A program made the position numbers and the translations under genes. A stretch of DNA of 64,000 bases from Paraspadella gotoi. Taxonomy: Eukaryota; Animalia; Chaetognatha. Every line of letters begins with the position of its first letter. Position 1 is the first letter of the stretch. Below are positions 1-18,414 of the stretch, in pieces. The notes under the pieces were generated by a model. It was not told where the DNA came from, did no database searches, and was given only the letters and a program-made list of their open reading frames with translations. The stretch is taken from assembly GCA_051294375.1 (NCBI GenBank), contig CM119263.1:4234161-4298160 (forward strand), read 5' to 3'.

Positions 1-480
1 CATGACCATAGATTATGGTATTAAAATATTTTTTGTCAAAAATGCTTTCTTCTGAGGGTACTAGCCTAATTAAAAATATTATATTACTATATAGAGCAAA
101 AAAATTTTTTTTAAATCTTAAAATTTTTTGATGGATTCTGATAGAGCATAAAAAGTTAAACAAGAAATATAATTACAGCTTTTAAAAATTCTTACGTTTT
201 CTAAGTGAAAATATAAAAAAACTGATAAAATCATCGAAAGATGATGATGATGATGATTTTTTACGGTTTTTTCTTATTTTTGACAAACTTATCGTAAAAA
301 TATTTAAAAAAGAATTATACTTTGTGTAGACAACTTTTTATGAGCTATCTGAATCTGGTCTTAAAATTAAAAATTTCTAAAAAAAAATTTTGGCCTATCC
401 TATCTATAAATAAATATTAAAAATTAATTACTAGGGTATAGAGCCATATTAGAAATTTTTTGTCCATTGAAAGTATTCTT
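1..480. mobile_element. Degenerate AT-rich foldback/MITE-like palindrome (may extend left of the window)
   Basis: Arms ~61-236 and ~253-440 are imperfect reverse complements, e.g. gattctgatagagcataaaaagtt vs aactttttatgagctatctgaatc, centred on a short (atg)n spacer. No coding signal. Confidence 0.55.
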
Positions 481-1123
481 AAAAATGTCTAAATATTCGT
501 TTGGCTTGTACTCACTCTAAATTTTTGACTCACCCCATTGAGTGCGGCTACCCCTATCAGGAGCAATGTTTAATGAATTTTTTAAATTTTTTTATTGATT
601 GTACCAATTTCTTAAATCAAAATCCGGCAATATTCCACACATATACTCACATAACCCACATTACCCACATTACCCACAGCCATATCGCAACCCGGTGGCG
701 GTGGGTCTCAAGCTGTGGATCTTTTGTTCATCTCCCGTAATTCTCTTTTCCGACGTCGGGGCGACGGTGGAGGAGTCGAGGACAACGAAGGCTCAATCGG
801 GGCGAAGAAGGACGAACTTAGACATCGATTCCCACTGTTTACATGGGATTTCGTCGTGATTTCGTCGTGAACGTTTGAACCTTTTTTCACATCGAACTCG
901 ATGTCATTGTCAGGGTCATCGTTCACTCACGTCAAAATTTCCTTGTGATGACCTCGGAACCATCACCGGTGATGGTCTGAAGAGGAGCCAAAGCATCAAA
1001 ATACTTTTTTTCTTTTTATTCTCAATATTTGGGTAATTTTAAATGATAAAAAGGTTATACATTCAATCTATATACATCATCTTCTAAATATAGAATTAAT
1101 TCTCTTCTTAGCGATAAAAAAAA

Positions 1124-4100
1124 ATGGGCGCTGCAACGGGATCTTTGGAATTTCTACCCGGGATAACCTACATGGCTCTTTACTTGGTTTCCTGCCATGT
1201 CTTGCATTCTAACAATACCAAAACGTCTACCCATTGGAAATTAAATTCCGAGACCAATAAAGTCATGGGTAAGATTGATCATTGGAATCAGTAAATTAGG
1301 ATATTTAAGGTGACGGTCTTTGATTTCGTCAGGATACAACGTCAACGAAGAAGATCCCGTGTTCGAGACTCCGTCTTCAAACGACGGCGATGACGTTCTC
1401 TACATACTTATGAATAAAAACCATCTCACGACTGGTAATAATGAACGTCATCCGAGGTCTTACAAAATACTGTAAAGAAGAATAACATCAACAAACGACA
1501 TATTGTCATATTGAGAAACTCATGAAAACTAGTTGACTAACTTTAAAAACCGTAAAATCAAATTTGAAGATAAAATTTTGTTTATTTAAATCACAGATTA
1601 ATAATCAGGATTTTTCGCTTCTTTGCATTCGTGACATTTGTTCAGCTTTCCTTCAAAATAACACTTCTATCCTCAATCAATAAATGGTTAATAGTAATTA
1701 ATTGTAGTAAAGTTTTAGCTTAATTTTGAAACCTTAAAGGTAACGAAGGCGTTTGGGAAGTGAGAGACGAAAATGCGGATTCAAATTCCTCGCCGCTGCC
1801 GACGGATTTCGATGAGGCTTTCTCGAGCTTCGAAGCGGATCTCATTACGACACAGGAATGCTTCAAGACCATCGAAAAGTCACAATTGTGAGTCGTCAAT
1901 ATGAGTTAAATTGGCGGAAAATAGACGTCCGGTCATTGATAGAATATTTTTAAATAATTGATTGCTCGTTTTAAAATCTATTGCATGCTATTAATAGTAA
2001 TAATAATAACAAACTTGCCATTGAAATGAAATTGGTTGCCAAATTGAAGTGTTATTTTGTTAAAAAGTCGACAGAAAAAACGTAGTAAACATTCTTGAGG
2101 TAATATAATAATAAGTCTTTATCATCTTCGGCATTGAAAAACTATTAAACTAAATAATTCGAGATTCGGTAAAATTCAAAGATTTAATAATATTGTAAAA
2201 TTTGTCAACACATTTATCATATATTCAACGAGCGATTTATTAGCTTCGATTTCCGCTGTCAGCTGCACCAACAACTTATTCGCTCACGCCGACGCGACCG
2301 GTCTTGGTGGCGGCGGCGGCGAACCAAGCGTCGGGATGGAATACGCCTCCGCTACAACGTACATGGGTCAAAAGCCCGGGGCGACCGTTAGCATCAAAGG
2401 TGGCAACGGCGTCGGGAAGAAACCAGGCAAAAAAGGTGCTGAGAGAGAGAGAGAGAGTAGGAGAGAGAGAGAGAGAGAAGGAGGAGAGAGAGAGAGAGAG
2501 AGAGAGAGAAGAGAGAGAGGAGAGAGAGAGAAAGAATAAAGATCTTATCTTCCTTCTCAAGATCTCCATCGGCTGACTTGCGGATCAGTTCCCAACGGGA
2601 CCGAGTGGGATCACCTGGAAGGGATCGCCAAGCGCAAGGAACACCCCAACACTCCTGAGCCGGAGGTGGCGATCATTTTCCGGCAGCCGGAAAGTCAGAG
2701 CTCCGAAGTGGACATCGAGGAATTGGCCGAGAGACTTTATCGGTCTAAATTGGAGGTTGGTGGAGATTCAGAGGTGGATCAATTCGACATGTTAAAGGTC
2801 GCTTAAAGGTCAGGGTCATTGTTGTTGTCGTTGTTGTCGCCGCACATGTTAGTTTAATTAGGTTGAGTATGTCAGTCGTGATAAGGATAAGGGGACGTCT
2901 AGTGAGAAAGGACCACTTCCTCAGTAACAATGAGTTTCTTAATTTTAAGTATCTAGCTAAATTTAACTATGATAAAGTTAAAAAAAATTGTTTTCAGCCG
3001 TTTCATAAATTTTCCGAAGTTGCTTCAATAAAGTTTGCAGAATTGGGACTACGTAAGGTTGCGCCCCTAGGATTGTCACCCTCGGAGGATTTTGTCGAAA
3101 AAAAACCTCTCCCCTCTAAAGGAACTCTCATCCACCTCCCGATTTCTTTCCCTCCGGCCTCCCCACTCACCTCTCGCCTCTGTAATGATCCCATTTCCCA
3201 GAATCCCGGGTCTTCGTTCATCTACAACCAGTTAGGCAACTTCTGGCGTATCCAGGGCGACGTGGGTCGAGCCGTCGACTGCTTTCGCCGCGCGCTGCAC
3301 GTGCACCGCGACCACGCAGAAGCGCTGCTCAACCTGGCGAGGATTCTCTTTAATCTCAACTTCCTCGACGACGCGTTGCTGTTGGCGAAACGATCGCTCT
3401 CTTCCGCATCGACCAACGCGCAGGTTTGGGCCTTGAACAGGGAGGTGGCTGTAGTTGTTTGGCTGATGTAGTAAAGTAATCCTGGAGGTTTAGCTTGAGG
3501 CGATTGCGGTAGTTCTTTTACTGATGGAGTAAGATAATTCCTCATTTCACTGTATATCAATCAATTTTCCAGAGACATGTTTTCCATCTGGTTTATAAAT
3601 TTTTCTGCTACCGTCTTTTTGTTTTCTTTCTCCGTAATTTTGATTTTGTTGCAATAATGATTTAATAGCATTCCAGCAATTATATATCCTGACTTACTGT
3701 TAGTTTTAACTTTTAACCATGATTATTTGTTGTTAACGTTTCTCATCTTCTCTTTTCTCCCTCTAATCCTCCAAACCCCTCCCCCAGTCGAGCATGGAGC
3801 CTTCGTCCCCTTGGCTGCAACACTTCACTCTGGGCGAGATTCTCCGAGCGAGCGGCGTCTACAGAGAAGCCGCAGTTCACTTCCGCCAAACCCTTGATCT
3901 CAACCCCGCCTTCACGCCGGCCGAGGCTCATCTCAGAGAGATTCAAGTAGGGCTTGATGAAAGACGGGTGGTGAAAGAAGCTTGGTGGTTAAAGGGGGTC
4001 AGTGGAGGTTAGTCGAGTATAAGAAGCTTCTGGTACCGAAACGATGATAGAGGCCTTTATAAAAAAAACGTTAACTTTAAGTAAAATTCTAAAAGTGAGG

Positions 4101-4989
4101 AATAAACAACATTGCACTAATGAACGTTATTGTATAAAAAAATTGATTATAAATGTTGAAATTTACACAGTACTAACCTTATAAATGTTAAAATTTCAAA
4201 ATGGTTTTTTGTAAGATTTTTTTTTGAGAATTGGATTCGTCATGAAAAGTTGATAAAAAGATATAAAACTCTTTTTTCAAAATTATTTCATTAGGTTAGT
4301 TACTTAAAAACCTAATTAAATATAATTTTAAATTAAAATTTAAATTTTTAACTCAATGAAAGAATTTTTAAAAATGATTTATATTTTCTTATATCAGCTT
4401 TTAACTTTTGCCATCAAAATTAAGAAAAGTCTACTTTGAAATTTTAGGATTTTATAAGGAAAGTACCATATTATATAAATATAGCCTACTGCGAAAATTA
4501 AAAAAGATAAAATTAATTTTTTTATAAAAAATTGACTTTTAGAATTTTCATTCGTAACTTTGACTACACACTACTGCGCAAGTGCACACTGCACATGTAT
4601 GCACGCAATAACATACGTTTGTCATTGACTGATTGAAGTGAAGTGAAGCAGTCCTGCATTGAAACGCACACCGATGGTTAAACCATAGGTAAAAAAAAAA
4701 AAAGTAAATTACACACACCCCAACGCAGGCCGCGGCTGAGGGCACCGTCACCTACTACACATTGTTCATCATCATGTTTCTGGTCATGGGCGTTCTTTGC
4801 GGCGTTCTCACTTCCATTGAATCCACGCTCGACGACGAAGACGACGCCGCGCGAGATGACAGCGCCGCCTCCGCTCAGACGGCGTCCTCGTTGGCTAAAG
4901 GAGGGCGCCACTTCAATCGCGCCATGGCCATGCGGTCCATCCGTCTGGGGATCCAGCCTCGTCTGATACGAATGAGGAGGTCCAACTGA
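1124..4989 (+). CDS. TTC17-related TPR protein with N-terminal signal/hydrophobic segment and C-terminal transmembrane helix (~467 aa, 8 exons)
   Basis: Exons 1124-1268, 1333-1434, 1740-1887, 2263-2435, 2562-2755, 3202-3423, 3788-3946, 4729-4989. All GT-AG, phases consistent, 1404 nt open. N-terminal THW motif and WDHLEGI motif. TPR segments NQLGNFWRIQGDVGRAVDCFRRAL...ALLNLARIL and WLQHFTLGEILRASGVYREAAVHFRQTLDLNP resemble TTC17. TM: YYTLFIIMFLVMGVLCGVL. AATAAA near 5097. The exon 4 acceptor is the least certain boundary. Confidence 0.8.
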
Positions 4990-6864
4990 AGACTCTTTTG
5001 GCCTATACGTGGCTATCTCTCTCTCGCTCTCTCTCTCTACCCCTCTTTTTTTTTTCTTTTGCTTTTTTCACGTTGAAAAAATAAGGAAATTAAATAATAA
5101 CAAAACGTCGGTCACGACGACTCTCTCTCTCCCCTTCCTCTCTCTCTCTCTCACACATTCACTCTCATTTAGAGATAAACGAAAAAAAACCAAAAAATGA
5201 TATAAAGGAAAAAAATGACGATTCTTTTCTCTATATGGTCGCCAATAGGCTAGAGATATTAAAATCCATGACGGCTTAATAGGACGTCTTGGAGCAAATG
5301 TCCTTAGAAACGGCGGTTTTAATAAAAAGGTATGTTTGCCTACGACGTCGTTTATATTTGTGCTTTACTCTTTTAACTTATTTATACTTACAGTACTTTT
5401 TACCTGAAATGCTACAAACAAAATTTGAAATATGCCCTCTCATGTACTTACACGTTGAACCCATTAGGCACTTGAAATATATTTTTATTTACGTATTAAT
5501 TTTGGTTTTTTTTTTTTTTTTTTTCAAACTTTAAAGATTTTTAATTGTTTTTTTTTTTTTTCTGGTAATTGGATATTTGGATAACTGTATATTTTTTTAT
5601 TAAAGGAATGAACAGATTTTAGTTGTTCTTTGAAAATGTCATTAATGGGTTCATATAGATACTTTAAAATTTTTTTTTGACTAGTATCGCGTGTTTCTAG
5701 GACTATTCTTCGACGTGCCAATTATTAATATGATTTAAACTCAACTTTGAATTTTTTTTAATTGTTTATTCTTTCGTTTTGTCGCCAAAATTTTGTGTTT
5801 TGTTTTGTTTAGGGCTGTGCAACCCCTCTCCCCTCTCACTTTGTTTGCTCCATGACTTTAATCAATTTGAACTGATAGTATTCTCTCCCAAATATTAGGA
5901 GTTGTGCAAAAAATGGAAAAAAACAAATTCTATTTCGATCTGAGTCACTGTTCCCCTTGTTAATCTCTATGTTTAAAACCCTTCGAATCTTTTATGATAT
6001 TTCTGGCGTGATTTTGTTTTAGGACGTCTTGACTTAATCTTTTTTCAAGTTTCTTATAACTTATAAGAAGAATAATTATTGTTTCGTAATTAAAAATATG
6101 AAGCAATCCAAATTATGGATGTCAATGAAAAAAATGTATCTTTTAAAATTAAGTCCTTGTACTTCCTAGAGTTCTTTCTCGATGGAAATGATTTTATGTC
6201 CGCATTTTTTAACTGAACTTTTTAATTTAAGACATGCGTTTCCTTCTGCAATAAAAGTTTCCGTTTAACGATTGTCACAATGCCGACAGTTGAATTGCAA
6301 TTTTTATGAAGACGTACAAACGAATTTACGCCGCCGAGATTTCTAACGAATAGTGCATTTCATGTTACCGTCAAACCGATAAAAGTATATTTCTTTGCGT
6401 TTTTTTTTCGGATCCATTAAATCTTGCAAAACACGAGAGGGTCATTCATTTTTTATTTCGATCAAGAGCTCAATGCAAACTCGTTAGTCCGAAGAGGGAA
6501 TTTCTCAAATTACGCCGACGAGCTCGATAGCAAGACAAACATGGCTCCTCGAAAAATCACTTTAACGACTTTCAAACATCAATCGTTTTCGAGGCCACGA
6601 ATTTTCCATTTTTTTTCGTGCTTTCGTGACAAGAGAAAACTTACGTCTCCTGTGTTATATAATTAACCCAGCATTTTTTGAAATACGCTTCCTTATAAAG
6701 TTTATTTATAATGTAGTAATCACCTCATCTTAATTATAATTTTTTCAACTTTTTTTATCGTCTTCTCACTTTTATTTTTTTTAATTTTCCTCAAATTTCT
6801 TCTAATCTTTTTCCTTCCATTATCGTCTTCTCCTTCCTCCCTTTTCCTCTCCTTTCCAAGCACC

Positions 6865-7996
6865 ATGATCCCCGCCATGGTACTCTGCTGCCGGGACCGG
6901 CCCTCCTGGCTCCTGGACCACGTTACTAGGCGGTGCCTGGCTTTTTCTCTGGTGGTGGTGCTCTACTTGACCTTCGGAGCAATCATCTTTAGTCTACTGG
7001 AGCTGGATGAAGAGGAGCGGCGATGGGAGAAGGAGGAAGAGGATTTTCGACGCTTTAAAAACGAGACGATGGCGGCGCTAGCGGCGAGGGGCGCGCCGAA
7101 GGTAGAGTATCTCATTTATTTTTAGACAAAAGGCGGCAGCCAGAAAGTTCATTTGGGACATTTTTTTCTATGACTGTGAATAATTGGTATTGTGTCATAG
7201 TGTTTGACGAAGCACCTCGATAATTCTCATTATTTTGCTTGCTATCAGTTTTAACATTTTGTGAATATTATTCTCTCATCCCCCTCCCAAACGCTTCCAT
7301 GAAAGGAAGCCTTCAAAGAGCTGTCGGACCTCATCCAGCGGGCGAGTAAATTGGACCACGCCTTCGGCAAAAACCGCAGCGGTGCCTCCACAATCTTCGA
7401 CGTTCTGCGGTCGGAGCGGTGGACGCTCACCGGTTCGTTCTACTTTGCTCTCACAGTCGTCACCACGATCGGTGAGTGAGGGTGTGAATTGTGAGAGCTC
7501 AGAGGGATTTTTGAAGCCGTATGTTGTGACAGGAATTTGTAAGGTAGAATCACGGAGGGCATAAACTGTACGGATTGCGAGAAAGAAAGTCGTTTTGACT
7601 GCTTCAAGTTTGATGTTAAATGGGTTGAAAACATATGTTTCAATAAGTTTTATAATTGTTTATTTTTGTTTAATCTTCCTCCAAGGCTACGGTCACATGG
7701 CACCTGCAACGACCGAGGGCAAAGTCTTCTGCATCGTCTACTCTATCGTCGGTATTCCGATCGGCATCGTCATGTTCCAACAAATCGGCGAAAGATTTCT
7801 TCATTTCTCAAATATTCTCATAATTCGTTGGAGGCGAATTTTTAGGCTCAAAAAGCCGAAGGTTTTTGTTGATGATTTAGTATTTGGGGTTTTACGTAGA
7901 ATTTTTGATTTATTATTATGTATTATATATTATTTTTCTTTTGTAAATGATCAATAATCATTGATCATCATTTATATTAGAGTCAGAAACGGTCCC

Positions 7997-8076
<80 letters not shown>

Positions 8077-9488
8077 TCTCTCTCACATGGTCTCTCTCTC
8101 ACTGTCTCTCTCTCACTCTCTCTCTCTCCTCCAGTCCACCCCCATCGACCAATTCCTCGTCGCTTCCTTCTCATGCCTCCTAGTCGTCTTCCTCGGCGCC
8201 TACACTTTCGCCGTCCACGAAGACTGGCCATTTTTCGAGAGCCTCTACTACTGCGTGTTGACGCTGACCACCATCGGATTCGGGGAACCTATTGGCCTGG
8301 CGCCTTTCGACAACGGGAAGAAGAGGAGTCAGTTGGATCAGGTTTCTTTTTTTTTGGGGGGGGGAGAAAAGGAGAGGAAAGGAAAGGAGTACGTTTAGTA
8401 TTTAATATTTATGGTTTAAGTATGGCGGTAGATTCAAGGGGAAATAAAGGAAAAAAATAGAGTACGTAATGTGAGAAAGAAAAGAAGCGAAAGCAAAAAA
8501 AAAAAAGCAATAGGAAAGAAAATGAATTTCAAATAGAAAAAAATGAAATTTTAAAATAAAAAAGACCAAAAAAAGTATAAGACAGGACACGAAGGAAACA
8601 AAAAAGAAAGAAAAAGAGTAGAGTAAAAGAAACCCCACCCGACTGACACACCCGCCGACGACTTGACCGATCACTCGGCCTAACTTACCCGCCCTTACCC
8701 TCAGCATCTATTCTACGTCATCTTCGTCCTCGTGTTCATCATCTTCGGTCTCGCCGTCGTCTCCGCCGTCATGAACGAATTTCTCGTCAGAAGGATTTGG
8801 TGGCGGGACGAGGTGGGCATGGCATGGCATGGCAGGGCGGGATGAGGAGCGTGAGGTCAGGGTAAGAGTTGAGATGGGCGTGGCATGGGAGGGCGGAGAC
8901 CGGCGGGGTGAGGTATGGGTAAGGAGAGGGTCAGACGCGGAATGGTTGAGAGCGAGAAAAGTAGGGGTAAGAGCGAGATGATGCGGTGAGGCGAAGTGCG
9001 CAGCGGTCTGTTGAGGTAAGGTCATTCCTGAGTTATTTGAAAACGTCCCTTGGATAGGTGATCTTATTCAGGAGTCGTATGAGGTGAAAAGATAAATTCG
9101 ATTGAAAGTTGTGATTTATTTTCACGGCTCAAGGTGAAAGTAAAACTGTGATGATCCAACATCTTTTGGAATTTCAGAGCTTATTTCTATCTTTCTCTTT
9201 CCACTATTCTTCACCTTCCTAACCTTTCTCTAACCTTCCTTTCCTTTCTCTAGCCTTCCTAATCTATCTTAACCTCGCTTCCCTCCTTCTTCCTTCCCAC
9301 TTTCCCTTTCTCCAGCAGCCCCTGCCCTCTTCGGCGCCGCCTTCCCCGTGCCATCGGGGCTTCGAGGAGCCTCGTCGGCGCCGGATGACGAAGCGGCGTT
9401 TTTCGGTCGACACCGCCGACGAGAGCCGCGGCGCCGCTGGGATGCTGATTGACGCCGGTTCGGAAGGCGCCGGGATGGAATCGGAACC

Positions 9489-9492
<4 letters not shown>
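6865..9492 (+). CDS. Two-pore-domain potassium channel, TASK/KCNK3-KCNK9-like (~356 aa, 6 exons)
   Basis: Exons 6865-7101, 7306-7471, 7686-7861, 8135-8341, 8705-8812, 9316-9492. GT-AG, 1071 nt open. M1 (LYLTFGAIIFSLLE), P1 (WTLTGSFYFALTVVTTIGYGH), M2 (GKVFCIVYSIVGIP), M3, P2 (FESLYYCVLTLTTIGFG), M4 (FYVIFVLVFIIFGLAVVSA). GYGH in P1 is typical of TASK. Confidence 0.93.
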
Positions 9493-9558
<66 letters not shown>

Positions 9559-9655
9559 GGCAAATAATGAAAGAATGAAAGAAAAAGGAACAAGAAAGAA
9601 AAAAGGAACAAAGAAACAAGAAACAAAGAAAGAAAGAAATAGGGAGAGAGAGAAC

Positions 9656-9709
<54 letters not shown>

Positions 9710-9908
9710 AAGAGAGAAAGAGAGAATGAAATTAAAAAATAAAAAAATAAAAAATAAATAAAAAATAATTAAAAAATAATTAAGAATTAATAAAAATTAA
9801 AAAATAAAAACAATTCGTTTTTAATTTTATAATTTTTAATCCGAAATTGCATGATTTACAGTTTAGGGGGAAAAAACAACTGCTTTTGAAAGAAAGATGA
9901 CAATCAAG

Positions 9909-9973
9909 ATGCAGTCAGACTTAGATTTAGATGCAGTCAGACTTAAATTCAAATGCTGTCAGACTTAGATTTA
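9909..9973. repeat. ~21-bp tandem repeat x3 (atgcagtcagacttagattta)
   Basis: Directly visible, between the convergent K2P and DPF 3' ends. Confidence 0.8.
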
Positions 9974-11556
9974 GTAAAATGATGATGCCGACAAAAAAAT
10001 GTAACCGTTAAAAAAAACAAAGAAAAAAAGACGCGTTGTAAACTGTATACAGAAGAATTACAAGCAAATTTAGCAACAAATAAAATGCTCTAGCGGTAGA
10101 ATGTAAATTATTGAAAACAGGAGATCAGTTAAAACAGCAACGTTTATTTTACCATGAAATCGGGACTAAACCATGAATAAAATATTTCTTGACTTGGGGT
10201 TAAATTGCAGGTTTTTTTTACTAAACTCATGGAATTTAAAATTAAACTGCATGAATAATTAAATATTCAAAATTCAATAACTTGGTATCGTCGAATTAAT
10301 TGCAATTAGTGATTCAGAGGATGCTTAAATATAATGAATGTATTAATTAATTTATCATGAATTCCTGAGATTCGTGTAAGGCAAAGTTTTGGAGTAATGG
10401 TGATGTCTCTGGTTCTTAAGGTAAAAAGCTTAAGCTAACCAAGCTTTAAGGAATTTGTTTTAAACGCTAAGCTATTTTATTATGATCAATGGAGCCAATC
10501 ACCGAAGGACATACAAATGCTTTTCTGTTAAGATGAAATCTTTCATCTTTGGCAAAAGAATGAAGATAATCATGCAAGTGGGTTTGTTAGCAGTTTAATG
10601 CTCAAACTGTATATATACATTTGTTGCAAAGTTTTAAACTTTTCTTTCTAATTTTTGTAAATTGTTTTAATAAAACTTTCCGCTTTCGAAATTTTACCAA
10701 ATTTAAATAATTTTTCGTGGAACAGTAAATTAATTCATGTTTTGTTTTACTTTTTTGAAATAAACTCGTGATATTATTCTTGACAAAAACGGCCTCATAA
10801 GCATATCATTTCCGTGAAAGTCTAATGCTGCAAAAAGCGAAAAAACATAGTTCTCAGAGTTTGTTTGTAATTTAGATTTTTGTTAATACATAAAAAAATA
10901 TTAATACTGCATAGACGTCAAAAATTTCGACTAGAATTCATTGTAAAAAATAAAATAGAGACGCGAAGAGAGATAGAGCAGAAATAATAGGGATGAAATA
11001 AAGAAAAGAGTTCTTGAGAGCTCTTTCGAAAAAAAAATGACGAAAGACGGAAAAATGAAAAAGAAAATATGATTCGTTATGATTTGTTATGCTATAACAA
11101 CGACGTCATCACATGCTACGACTAATGCCACGCTTGGTTCGCCAATCGCGTACGAAATGTAACGCCCATATTTGTGACGTTGCACGAAGTAGGGGAGAGA
11201 GGAAATTGTTGGTCAGGAGGAAAAGTGGATTCCACGATTAATCTCGAGTTTTAGATCATCGTACGGGATGTACGGATAGTCCTTGTCGACCTTGCGATGT
11301 GATTCGTTCTTCTCTTTTTGAATTAGCAAACATTTGACCAATCACAGATCAAACTCCAACCTTGGGCTAACCAATCACATCACAGGGCCGACCGAGTCCG
11401 TCTATAAGTCCCTTTTCGTTGATGGTAAATTCACCATTTCGCTTCCGCTTCTCTTTGGTGAAGATGATAAAGTTTTCACGCGTCTTATCGACTCGGAACT
11501 CGCGTCCCCCAAACCGGCCTCGAACCACCTTTTCATCCACCCTTCCACAAAAAAGT

Positions 11557-16654
<5,098 letters not shown>

Positions 16655-16849
16655 CGCTCGTGTGACCCAACGCGTTCATGTCTCGCGTCGCTGATTCGCG
16701 GTTTTCGCTTCCGAGACGAAAATTCGACTCGATGATCTTTTCCGTCGGCGAATTTGGCTTCCGCGTGACGAGCGAGTTCCACTCTCAAAGCCTCTTTATT
16801 GGATGCCGAGCAGGAGCCTGCTTTAGCATTTCCATCCCTCTACACAGCT

Positions 16850-16958
<109 letters not shown>

Positions 16959-18246
16959 TGTCTACATATCTATGAATCCATCTTTCTATCTCTCTCTTCG
17001 ACTTCGGTTATTCGGAACCTTACATTTGCTATTTTGTTTCTGGACGAATGTGCCTCACAGGTAGCGCGTGAACAATTTAGAATAAAAAACAAAATCCCTT
17101 CAAAACCAAGACTTAAATTCTTAATTTAATTTAGTTTGTGTATTCGGATAGCACTTTCAAAATTTATTTTATCGAGGACTATCCAAACACTATTCTACTC
17201 CGGATTCATAGTTTTTTTTTGAGCAAATACATTTTGTTGTTAAAAATTTTCAGGCCAGTTTTTCTTTATTTTTAATTTGAACCATTAAACAAATAACTAA
17301 TTTTTACATGATGACCAACGTTGACAAAACTTTTACGAATGAGTTTTATGCTGTAATAATTAAATAATTAAATACAAAAAAAGTCAATTGAAAAGTAACA
17401 TTGAAATTAACATCAAAATCAATATGTATTAGGCCTACCATAATGGCACCGATCAAATGGAACCTTTAATTGCAAATAGCAATCAAAGACCGACACACAC
17501 CGTTTTTGTTTAGTCTGGATTCTGGCCTTGCGTTTAACCGTTTTTTTTCGGGTAAGGGATTCGTGCCTTTCTCGGCTTCAATGAACTTACCTCCGTTGTT
17601 TTTCTTTCATTTGTCTTTCCGCTCCACTGACCACCTGATGATCGTCAAAATTGACATAAAACAACAAAAATTGCGGAATTTTCTTCCGAGACGAAAAAAA
17701 CAAAATAGCACTTGGAGGATGCCATGCTGGGCGAGCGTGACCTCTATGTTTCATTCGTATCAAAATTTCTGTGCAATTGTTTTTTAATCCGTATTTTTTT
17801 TAAACTTAAGTAAAATATTGAACTAAGCCTGACCATTTTTTTAATGACGGCTAGATCATATACAATATTTTATTCTCAAATTCTTCGGTTCCTTTTTTTC
17901 TTTTCTTTTTTCTTTTCCTTTTCCTTTTTTATTTTCCTTTTCCTTTTCCTTTACCTCACCCAAATTCACTTTTCTAAAATTTCCTCCACGGAATCTTAAA
18001 TTACCGATACCTCATTCTCTCTCAAGTATTTGTTTGAGCCTTTCTTAAACGTCCCTTCTCTTTTCCATTGCTCCCCTTTGCTTCCCTCACCTTAGGTCCC
18101 CTTAAGAATCCCATTCTCTAATCTCCCCCCCCTCGTTCAAACTACGTCTTCATTCCGTTACTCATATATCATCTCTAACCCCACCCACTGCCTCCATCTC
18201 CAACTTTCATCTCTAACCTAACTCCTAACCCCATCTCTATCCCAAG

Positions 18247-18339
18247 CATTTTAATTCCGCTGCCGCCGCTGCCGCCTCTGCCGCCGCTGCCGCCGTTGCC
18301 GCCGCTGCTGCCGCTGCTGCCGCTGCTGCCGCAGGATGA
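18247..18339 (+). CDS. Candidate terminal exon encoding HFNS-polyAla-G-stop (parent gene uncertain)
   Basis: Preceded by a long pyrimidine tract with several CTAAC branch-like motifs and a cccaag acceptor. Mixed GCC/GCT/GCA codons end at TGA 18337-18339. Could instead be a degenerate trinucleotide repeat. Confidence 0.3.
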   Translation, partial: HFNSAAAAAASAAAAAVAAAAAAAAAAAAG

Positions 18340-18414
18340 GGTGATGCGCCGTCAAAGTCTTTATATGAGATGACGTCGTCGCTTAAGCTTCTCGCGTCGC
18401 CGGAATCACTGATC

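Noticed and set aside
680-1000. GC-richer block with short ORFs on both strands upstream of the TTC17-like gene
   Set aside because: Stops interrupt all frames and there is no recognisable domain. More likely promoter or 5' UTR.
2863-3201. N-terminal part of the 202-aa ORF
   Set aside because: Intronic read-through. The TPR exon starts at the acceptor before 3202.
9449-9742. ER/RE-rich and LS-rich ORFs here and throughout the window
   Set aside because: Translations of (AG)n/(CT)n microsatellites.
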